Source: Lepidodermella squamata
Lineage: Eukaryota; Animalia; Gastrotricha
Direction of reading: 5' to 3'
Assembly (NCBI GenBank): GCA_047495785.1
Contig: JBLDXI010000010.1
Span: forward strand, 1,364,001-1,428,000
DNA length: 64,000 nucleotides
The notes under the pieces are model-generated. The model was not told the DNA's origin. It saw nothing but the letters and a program-made list of their open reading frames with translations, and did no database searches. Each line of letters starts with the position of its first letter. Positions within the stretch are counted from its first letter, which is position 1. Of this stretch, positions 44,540-55,300 are shown one piece after another. Position numbers and translations under genes: made by a program.

Positions 44540-45253
44540 ATGCCGTCGTGCGTACAGCCTATTCATATACAAGCCACCCTACTGCAACTTTCCGCTTTTG
44601 TGACCCCGCTAACTATCGCGCATGGCTACGGCACGAGACGCGCTCCGAACGCCGCCATGAACGTACGATTAGGGTCAAATATCACGCAACCATTCTTCGT
44701 CAACAACGGTGCCTATTCGAGAAACGACCAATCAAACCCGCCTAAACGAGCTGTTACCTCCCCGGTCCTTGTTTTATCCATCGGAAGTATCGTGCTGTCA
44801 ATTATAGTAATGGTTATGCTAGTCGACTACTGCAAACACCTACGGAAAACCGGTGTACTTCAGCGGCACTTGAAGAAAGAAGCATACGAGAAGTTTCGTC
44901 GAGAGGCCCTATCCAAAGTGCCTACAGTGGACATACCTACCGTTGAAGTGCATAAAAGCCCGTCGGATAATTACGAAGTCGAGCACTTGCTTGATGCAGA
45001 GAACGCACCTGTTGTATCAAAAGTAGAAAGCACTACAGAAACTGCGGACAAAGATACGCAATTTCCATTGACTTTATCTAAATGCACCCAGACGAGTCGG
45101 CGAGCGACTAGGCATTCTTCGCTGTCAAGCTATGGCCAGCCTAGTATACCGTTGAAAGCTGTTACTTCAAGCCCGCAGAGAATGCGGCCGGTTCTTGAGC
45201 ATCAAAAGCGAACTTATGGAACTTTCGAGCTGCAACAGGTCGAACAAACGTGA
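44540..45253 (+). CDS. TM-DY family member O (short paralog of N)
   Basis: LVLSIGSIVLSIIVMVMLV-DYCKHLRKTGVL...YEKFRREAL; ends at YGTFELQQ. Start could be 44540 or 44657. Confidence 0.75.
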   Translation: MPSCVQPIHIQATLLQLSAFVTPLTIAHGYGTRRAPNAAMNVRLGSNITQPFFVNNGAYSRNDQSNPPKRAVTSPVLVLSIGSIVLSIIVMVMLVDYCKHLRKTGVLQRHLKKEAYEKFRREALSKVPTVDIPTVEVHKSPSDNYEVEHLLDAENAPVVSKVESTTETADKDTQFPLTLSKCTQTSRRATRHSSLSSYGQPSIPLKAVTSSPQRMRPVLEHQKRTYGTFELQQVEQT

Positions 45254-45387
45254 TATTTTACTTGCGGCAAATGTATTTCAATTAAACTGTTGATGAGAAG
45301 GAAATATTGATGTCTTTTTTACACACTTTAAGCGAAACAATAGCCGTGAAAATGCGGGTGTTATTTGCCAGTCCAAGTTTGAAGCGT

Positions 45388-47060
45388 TTACTGCTGCTGC
45401 TGACCGCATGGACCGGGGCCAGAGCATGGGGCTGGAGCGCAGGGAGAGGGGCCAGTGAACGATGGGCGGAAGGTTTGGCAGACGCCGTTGGCGCCAGGCT
45501 CTCCCTTGCAACCGACCGGGCCTGGTTCGCCAGGGCGGCCAGGTTGGCCGGGTTGGCCGGGGAATCCAGACTGGCCAGGAGGGCCCTGAGGTCCAGGTGG
45601 TCCTGGGCGGCCTGCGATCTGGTCGACGCGAGGGGTCTGACCGGGCATGCCCTGAGGGCCAGGGGCGCCAGGTGGGCCGCGAAGGCCAGGCATACCTGGA
45701 TCACCCTTGCAGCCAGGCTCACCAACACGGCCTTGGAGACCAGGACCGCCGGGCATGCCAGGTGGGCCAGGTGGGCCAGGAGGTCCAGGTGGGCCGGGCG
45801 GGCAGTTGCAGACTGGCTGGACGACAGGCTGGATGACGGGCTGAGGCGCTGGCTCCGGGATATAGACAGGCTCAGGGGCTGGTGTCGGGGCTGGTTGACC
45901 GCACTGTGAGAAGAAAATTATAAAAATCTGAAGTAAAAAAACTTGGATTATCTTACGCCTGGAGGGCGGGTTGCGATCGGTCCACCGCAAGGCGATGCAG
46001 CCGGGTATGACGGGTATGACGGGTAGTAGTCGACCGGCGGCAGCTGGTACGGCGCTTGTGGCTGAGGCTGTGGGGCGACAGCAGCGTAGATGTAGGTGTC
46101 CCTCAGTGGTCCCTGAGCAATAGCCTCCGGGAAGCCAGAGCTGCCAGGGTAGCCTTGGTAAAGGCCATCCTGGGGGTACAGATCGCGCCATTCAACCTTA
46201 CCCATCGGCGCACCCTTGGCGTAGATCTCATCCAAATGTTCAACCTCGGGCGAGAGCTGCTTCTTCACCGACTCAGTGCTGTCGACGCGGAAGACCCAGC
46301 GACCAGTCGAGTTGACGTTCGAGGTGGTGGCAACCTGGTTGACTTGTTCAGAGCACGACTTGGGAACAGCGTAGAAGTTGACGCCATCACCAGCATCGAA
46401 ACCGACCTTAGCCGGGTAGCCGCCAAGGCCAGTGCAGCGATCACCACCGCTGGCAGTTCCGGCGACCCATTGCAAGTCGTGGTACAGGAAGATGACGTAG
46501 GCGTGCTCGCCATCGCTGGCCAGCGCGACCTGGAAGGTGTTGCGCGGGAACTTGTCCATAGCACGGTCGCCGCAGGTATCAGCGCCGAAGTATGAAACGT
46601 TGACCCAGGTGGCGATGTACAGCCACTCGGTGTTGAAATGCTCGGGCAGGATTGACTTGAGCTCACGGTCGGCCTTCTTCAGAAGCTCGGGATCAGTCGA
46701 CTGGCGGTAGTAGATCGAACCACCGATCGAGGCGTTGGTGTTGACGTCGGCCCAGAACGGCGAGATCATCGACTTGCGGATGTTGAGGGCACCGCAGTAC
46801 GGTGTGTAGTAGGCAATTCCGTCGTCGAACGAGATAGCGCCGTTGACGTTGAGGGTGACCTCGCGTTCGCGCTTGTCGAAGAACTTGAACGAATAGCCGT
46901 CGCGGATGAGCAGAGGCAGGGAGAAGGTGTCATCTCCACGGTTCAGCTCACCGTCTCCGACTTCCTTGCCGAAGGGGAAGAACTCCTCGAGGGGCACGCC
47001 GCCGAGCACGGACAGAGGCAGCAGAGCAGCCACAACAAACCACCTGGCTGTAAGTTCCAT
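45388..47060 (-). CDS. Secreted NIDO-domain / short cuticle-type collagen fusion protein (539 aa, 2 coding exons)
   Basis: Signal peptide; NIDO motifs ([47 protein letters not shown]). Phase-0 intron 45956-45904. Then CNC plus Gly-X-Y blocks of about 18 and 15 triplets and a Cys-rich tail. Confidence 0.85.
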
Positions 47061-48492
47061 CTAAAAATAAAAACAATATTGAAAACCCAAGCAGACACAG
47101 GTCTCAGAACTGGTGCAGTGAAAGCACCGGAAATCACGCGGGAATTCTGCTCCATTATCGGAGTGAGAAGTGGTAGGTGTGAAAGCTAAAACACCTAGGC
47201 TGTACAGTTGGAGTTAGGGTTAAGAAGGATTGACAGAATTAGTTCTTTATTATTAATTGAGCTAATCGCAGCTGATGCCCCTGTCCTATTTAAGGCAGCG
47301 CGGAGGAGTGAATAGTCATCCTATTCTCAAATGACAAGAAATGACAAGCTGAAAGGACCCGGTATTGGCGAGGAGGCGTTGTTAAATAGTCCTGTACCGG
47401 GCGCGCTAAGAAAACACGCAAAAAATCTTGATTTCAGTGTTGCTGATGTTCTTAAGTTGCCACACTCGAGAACAAACCGCCTCGCTGCTTTTTTTTCTTC
47501 GTCACAGTATATCCATGGCGCTGAGATGTATTATTTGCTCTCGGCTGAGTATTCGGTTACGTCGTTAGCGCGTACCCGAGCGCGTTATCTCGCATATGCT
47601 AGCCGGCGCCCATCTGAGAACCGCCCATCAAATGGCACTCGGGCGGACACCGGGTACAGGTAAACATGCTTGAACAGCGCATTTTTGCAATAATAATAAA
47701 AGATGCCCGATGCGCGATGATAATTGGCCATCAAGGCCATTAGCGGGTGGATAACAATTACACGCAAAGGCACTCTATTTGCGCGCATTTTTTTAAACAA
47801 GCAGCTTAATTGTTCCCTCTCTTCGGCGCAACCGCATTCACGGGCAATCTACTTTTTTCCCACGTGACGTAGGGGATGTAGTTTGGGACGGCCACTTATC
47901 AGCTAGCTGTTTTTGTGTTGAGTATTGCTTGAACCGTGGAATCTGGGTCTGAGATGTTCGCGTGACCAATTATCGGATCGAATAACACCTCTGGTGTGTA
48001 AACGACGTAATCCGAGATGGGACAGTGTCGGGTGTTGAAGAGAAACACAAACGTTTCCAGATTTTGCAGGAAGAAACCAGATACAAGAAACAATAGAAAA
48101 CATTGGGCTTAGTTTTGCATTCAGATTAGTGACCGAGATTAAGTCGAAAACACTTCATCTAACAATGGAACAATGAGACTATTACGGTTGTGTAAGCTAA
48201 TTTTTTGCGTGCTGTCCTCAATTTTTGGGACCCTACCCAATTTTCGCAATTTCGTGAGTAATCTAGAGCAGTGTTTCCAATCGTGTGGGGTGTGTGTGGG
48301 ACACTTGTGCCTCCTATGGGCATTATTTAATAGATCTGGACTAAGGATAAATGCATTTTTACACCAAAATCGGGAAAACTGTTAGCTAAAGTCAAAAAGC
48401 TATTTTTGGAACTCATACCCAGCGATATTTACCTTATTTGTTCCAATGGTAGCTCTCATAGATTTCATCGCGCAACACGTTTCGTAATCATA

Positions 48493-48978
48493 CCGTAATC
48501 CGGTACAACTTTGAACACCTACGTCCATGCAAACTTCAATGTGCTGTGTAAATTTAACAGATGCGATTTTGGTCGGGTTTTCAATGTAGTTCGAATGGGG
48601 CCGCCCACCGTAACATCCTGATATTTTTTATTCTCGGAAATTCGCAAGCGTAAGGATTTGGCAAGGGGTACCCCAAAAGTACAACTTTGAACAGCAAGAT
48701 TTCGTGAAATAAAAAATCCACCTTTATTCTTGCGCAGAGAATTTCGCGTGAAAATTGCGATTTCCCTGGTTTGCTGCATACATAGACTTCAAAGTAGACG
48801 TAAACCTTTGTTTTTTTCGGGAATTTTTAAGGAAAAGACTATGGGGGCTGTGTTGATGAAACTTGGCAATATGATCTCAACGAGACCTATATTCAGTAAA
48901 ATTCCAAAGCGGTAGATCCCCATGGTTTCAGAGAAAAGCTGATTCGCGTGAAATGTTCAAAGTTGTACTGGATTACGG
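48493..48978. mobile_element. Non-autonomous MITE, Tc1/mariner-pogo type
   Basis: 25-bp TIRs ccgtaatccggtacaactttgaaca / tgttcaaagttgtactggattacgg (1 mismatch); TA on both sides (48491-48492, 48979-48980); no coding capacity. Confidence 0.9.
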
Positions 48979-49332
48979 TACAGATTTCATCCCCGGGTTT
49001 GATTTGAAAGTTAAGAGAATTTTTTAACAGAGAAAAGATGAGTGGCTATTTAATGTGGATATTTTGAAAAGATGTAATCAGCATTCACCGTTAAGACCAA
49101 CGCTTTGGATGGAGACTTGTGTGAACTCGATAACGCCGACTCGCAGCCAGTTTTTTCTATCGAATGATGAGTAGAAACAATTCCACCGCAACAAAATGGG
49201 GTTTCGGAGCAAATGATTTCGGGGTTTTTCGCATTGCGTTAACATTTTTCGTATATATCAATAATATGACCCTTTATTCAATCGCAGCGAAAGCTATAAT
49301 ATCTGCCAAATTTTTCAACAAACGATCAAAGA

Positions 49333-52300
49333 TCAACAAACACTGAAATCTTTCATTTCAAATTCTGCGCGATCCATTTCGGCTACAACGTGTCTGTGCT
49401 TCGGGTTGGTAGCCTTCTGCAGTTCATCTGTTTTATCGCGGACAGGCAAAGGGTTAGCAATCAACGATCTTTGTTGACCGCCCAAGAAACCAGCAAGACG
49501 CCGCTCTTCATTTTGTTTTCTCACATTCTCCAAAAACCTGTCAGCCGCAAATTTGTATCGAATTCTTGCTCTCAGAACATGGAGATGCTGGATTCTGGAT
49601 CTATCTCGCATCCATTTGGTGAAATGCCGCAAATTATGCTGTAGTCGGCGAATATCTCTAGTCAGGGTCATATAGTCTAGGCATACGATGAGCCCTAAGA
49701 AGAACCCGAGTATAGAAAGGACAGATGAAGCTGCTGCGACGACTGCGTCGGATTCATATGTCACCAGTTTGACGGGTTTAGCGGCGTTGATTAGCCCACT
49801 TCTTACGCAGGTCAATGGCTGCTTATCCCAAGTTGCATTCACGTTGCACCGCCAATACGCAAGGGTATATGACTGGTTCTTACTAGGCTCATATCCCTGA
49901 TTCCAATCACATTCGAAGGCTATCACGGAATCAAAAAGTACTGTTTGAATTTCTGAAGTTGCGTTTATCAAGCGATACGCCTCGATTTCGAAAGTTTGAG
50001 GCATTCCGCAGCTCACGGCTACCACGATATTTGAAATAAATTATAAAATATAAGTAAAAATTGAAAACTCACGGAGACAGGTGAGTTGATTTGTTGACCA
50101 AACGCCAGATTCGAGGCAAGTGTTGACAATTTGACTCAGCGGTGTGCTTTCTGTACCCGGTTCAATATAAAGGCTGTTTGAGCCTTTGGCACACTTCAAT
50201 GTGTAAGTGTCGCCAAACATCTGAGTGCCGATTTTTCTCTCTGAAATGTATGAGTTCTCTTCCTCTAACGGGTTCGGGCAGGTCACGACTGGTTTCAAGT
50301 AGAGAGTTGAAGCAAAATTATGCTGAACTCGAAAACCTTGTTACCTGAGCATTTAGGTGGGCCTGCTGGTCTCCAGGTCCCATCTGACTGACACGTTTTA
50401 ACGAATAGCTCAGAGTCGCTATCAGGCCTGTATCCTCTGTTGCAGCCATACGACACTACTCCCCCAGTTTGATTGACGGACACGTTGTAGTATGTATTGA
50501 AACCCTCAACGACGCTTTTACAAGGCGGAACTTAACAACAAAGCAAATGATGGAATCAAAAATCATGAATTATACGAAATATACGTGAGCATGATGCTGG
50601 GCCATTTACCCAACTCCAACCAGTCGGCCCGGAGAAGGTGCATTCCAGAAGTCCCGTCGAAGAGCCAGTCATGTTGAATCCCGTGTTACAGTAATACTTC
50701 ACCAAATCCCCCTTTTTGAAGAAGCTCTCTGTTGTGAAGTTGACATAGTAAGCTTGCGAGAGGGAAGGTGGGTCAGGACAAACAGCCGAGAGACACGTTG
50801 GAAAGTTCGGATTTATTACTACCCAGTTTCCAGTGGATGGATTAGGCGAGAAAGGATCGCAGACGTGCATACCAGTATCGCCAGCTGTTTTCGCTGTGAA
50901 ACCAACGTTACATGTCATTACAGCGGTTTGCATGAAACCAGCAAGGCCGTTGAAATTATCCGTCGGAGGTGCTGAGAGGGACCAGTTCGCGTTTGGCGGT
51001 AAAGAAACCCCAGCCGGCACGCTGCTACAGTTGTTCAGGGGGTTGAGCCGCCTGGCACACGTGTAGGAACAAGTCGTCCGTGTCGCTGCATCAGTTTCAC
51101 ACAGGCCAGATGCTGCCCAATCGCCACATGTACAGTTCTGGTCGTATGGCAGGCGGCGGTCAAATTCGCACTCACAAGTGGCCCATTTCGTGCAACTGGC
51201 TTGACAAGATGGCCACATGAAAGCTGGGTTTGATAGGCAGCTGCCTTGATCGCGCCATGTATGGCAAGAGGGCTCGGTATCGGTCTTTGGAGCCAAGCAT
51301 AGAGTTTGATTAGAACCTGCAGTGCAAACGCCCGGGCCAGAGCATGTCGAGCCAGTCGGGCAGTCTGGGACGCAGCGAACTAAAACAAACTTAATTCCAA
51401 CAAAAGCTTCGAAAATAGCTCAACTTACATTGCGAGCAATCTGACCCAGTGTAAAAATCAGTACAGTTGCATTGGTTCGGTCCGGAGCACGTTCCGCCGT
51501 TTTGACAAGTTGTAGAGCAAATAGCTAGTAAGGGCATTCATGCAGAATTTATTTAAGCAAAAAGATCAGGACAAACGGGTCGTGCACGAGGGTCCTTGCC
51601 ATCCAGAAGCGCAACTACACGTTAGATCAGGATTACAGGTTCCGCCATTAGCGCACTGAGGATTGCACAGACCTGGGCAATAAAATTGTTTCTAGTGTAA
51701 TTGTGAAAGAGGAATGACCTTACTTGAAGAGCAGTCTGAACCAGTAAACGGAACCGCGCAGGAACATTTATTGAGTGGCGTACATGTTCCGCCGTTTCGA
51801 CAAGCAGGTGAGCAAACAGCTAAAAAGAAAATATAGGCTAAGTTTTTAGACTGTCCCACCTGATGTAAGTATACGGGATTAGGAAGACATTGCGGAAAGC
51901 AATGATGTATTCGAAACTCCTTATCATTGCACATTAGAAGTCGTTCGAATTGCCAGAATTTTTAGAAATGACAACGACTTGTTAGGCGCCCACCAGTTTT
52001 TCGAATAGCTAAATAATCGCAAAACTCTAGCTTTCAGAGTTGACCGATTTTAGCGAAATTTAACCCAAATCATAATGCATTCGAACGACTGTTGAGTTTC
52101 AAAAACTGTCGATTTTCGCGACCCATGGCTGCAAGCTTTAGGATGAGCTTTCCTTGCCTCTTACCTGTATTGCAAGTTGATCCTCCCCATCCAGATGGGC
52201 AGCTGCAAGTTAGATTTGCATTGCACGTTCCGCCATTGCTGCAGTTAGGACTGCAAAGAGCTGATAAAAAATAATCGACGACGTAATATAAGAATTGAAA

Positions 52301-55300
52301 TCACTATAGCTCACATGAAGTACAGTCGGATCCTGTGAATGGGGAGGGGCAACTGCATTTGTTAGGGGAAATGCATGATCCTCCGTTCTGACATGTTGGC
52401 GAGCAAATAGCTATAATATGGAATAGTCAAGATTCAAGACATATATTGCCAATGAGATATTAAAGTAGCAAATCGTTAACGTCGATATGATGATGAATGA
52501 TGATAAACTCGGATTTCAAGATCCGTTCATGAGTCCGCTGATAGCTGACAATACGTCTTTCTACACGTCGAATTTTTCCTAGTTATTTTTCTAATATTTC
52601 TAATTTCTAAAGCTGATTTATGCGATTTCAAAACCCATGTTAATATCTGGGTGTATTTTAAAGGTTATTCTAATTTAATCTTGAATTAAGGAATGCGAAA
52701 TATTCTAAATCCTGAATTCAAAATGTTTCATTTCCTTGAAAACTTACGATTGGCGCAAGAGGACCCTCCCCATCCAGTTACACAGCTGCATGTTAGGTTT
52801 GGATTACAGGTTCCGCCGTTGCTGCAAGGAGGATAGCAAAGAGCTAAGGAATGGCCAATACTTTTACTCAAGTTATTTTATGATAACAGCTAATACTTGA
52901 AGAGCAGTCTGGCCCGGTGAATGGTGAAGTGCAATTGCATTGATTAGGCGCCACGCACGAACCCCCATTTAGACACGTTGGCGAGCAGAGAGCTAAAAAA
53001 CACCAAGGGTGATCAAATCCGAAGATTTACTGCGGCTTCCAGACTAACGGGTCGTACAAGATGGGCCTCCCCACCCGGAGACGCAGCTACATGTCAAGTT
53101 AAGATTGCAGGTCCCACCATTGCTGCATTGAGGATTGCAAATACCTGGATAATTAACTAATTCCTATTCAATTGTGAAGGTAGAATGATCTTACTTGAAG
53201 TGCAGTCTGAACCTGTAAACGTAGCCGCACAGGAACATTTGTTGGGTGAAGTACATGATCCGCCGTTTCGACATGCAGGTGTGCAGATAGCTATCAAAAC
53301 AAGCGACTCTTTTAAACTGTCCCAATCAATGGTCTACTTGGCTGAATATAAATTCATACAACACATTAGTACAGATTCACACTGATAACAGCTATATCAG
53401 CCCCTAGTTCGAGCTTCAATTAGCGATGTTTAATGTTCCTAACGGGTGGCTTGACTCTAATTGCTTACGCGTATTGCAAGACGATCCTCCCCAGCCTGGT
53501 GGACAGCTGCATGTTAGATTGGCATTGCACGTTCCGCCATTGCTACAGCTAGGACTGCATAGAGCTGTTAAAAGAAATATTTCAAGACACATGCATATGA
53601 CTCAAAATCACTATGGCTCACTTGAATTGCAGTTTGATCCTGTGAATGGTAGAGTGCAATTGCATTGGTTAGGCGACACGCACGATCCCCCGTTTTGACA
53701 CGTTGGCGAACAAATAGCTGGATGAAATAGTCAAGACATGAATAACCAATCAGGTATTGGATTATTGTTCATCGTTTTAGCACCGTTCCTTAAATCGGAT
53801 TTTAGCGTCAATTTAAAGATGAAAGCTGACAGTGGCATCATCTGACTTGCCGCTCGTCATTCTCCCTCTCAAAACCTAAATTCCAAGTTTTTAAACGTCT
53901 GATGATCTCCTCACGAAAGCCTTCATCTGGTATCCCAAGTCGTCTATAAGCTCAATAACTTACGGCTAGCACACGAAGATCCTCCCCATCCATTTGTGCA
54001 GCTGCATGTTATATTCGCATTACAGGTTCCGCCGTTGCTGCATGCCGGAGAGCAAAGAGCTATGAAAACATCGATACGTTAACACATTACATTACATCGA
54101 ATTGCGGCTCACTTGAATTGCAGTATGATCCAGTGAATGGTAAAGTACAATTGCATTGGTTAGGCGACACGCATGATCCCCCGTTTTGGCACGATGGCGA
54201 GCAGATAGCTAGGAAACACAAAAACTTTATTGAGTGCAAAAATTTCTTGCTGTTTTCATAACTGACGGGTCGTGCATGACGAGCCTCCCCAGCCGGAAGT
54301 GCAACTACATGTCGCATTAGCATTGCAGGTCCCGTTATTGCTGCACTGAGGATTGCAAAGAGCTACGTCAAAAAATATTGCTAATATCGATACATAAAAT
54401 TAGTTGCTAAGTGATTTACATGCGTTGCAATTGCTTCCCGTGAACCCTGGTCCGCATCGACAGATGTCGATCCCAACGCATGAGCCACCATTCAAACACG
54501 GAGAAGTGCATTTAACTGCGCTCAGTTGCAAATAAATTAGTGAAAATTAAAAGCCTGAATCAATTTTTTACCTGAAAATAGCTTGCAAGTATCTTTAACC
54601 TTGATGATCGACGTGACATTGAGAGCTGTCGAATGTATGGAAGCACAAGCTACTCCACCCTCGAACAAGCCGGCAAAACTGGGTTAATTGAGGTCGAAAA
54701 TTAAAGGAATGTGGATTTCGACAGAAACGTCACCTAAACCCGATGTAAAGTCTTGAGGATGTTACTGGCGCTGATGTTGTTACATAGCTTGTCCCAGATG
54801 CCGTGTCGCAAAAATGAGTAAGCGTTTTATTCGTCGAATTGTAAGTTATCGCAGCGAATCGCCACCAGTTCGAAGTTGTAAACCAACACGAGTTTGAAAC
54901 CCCAGATGAATACCCAGTATCAGCATAAAGACTGTTTGAACTCGAGTATTCCCATCTCGCTCCATAAACGCTACTCGCAGCATTGAAGTACTGAAAAATT
55001 GCCCTAAATTGACAGCATGATGAACAATGTGTGGCTTTAAGATGCGGTTTCTAACCGGCTTGAAGCAGGTGATTGGCGGATAAAAGCAGCGATAGTCCAT
55101 GAGGACTGATTGAAGTTGAGCGCAGCATTGTCAAGCGTGATGTACATGCTCGGGGTGCCAGTCGCGAACTGAACGCCAGTATCGCCGAAGTCATACGGAC
55201 CTTTCATGTAGGTAAGAGAATTACTCGGCAGCCCGTTGATAACATTCCTGACATCTCTCGCTGCGAAATCGAGACTGAGTGGCCAATAAGCGACAATTCC

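Noticed and set aside
45282-46666. Long alternative-frame and antisense ORFs over the NIDO-collagen gene
   Set aside because: By-products of GC-rich Gly-X-Y coding and strong codon bias.
51427-54362. Regularly spaced repeats resembling a CRISPR-like array
   Set aside because: They are EGF-coding exons separated by introns in a eukaryotic gene.
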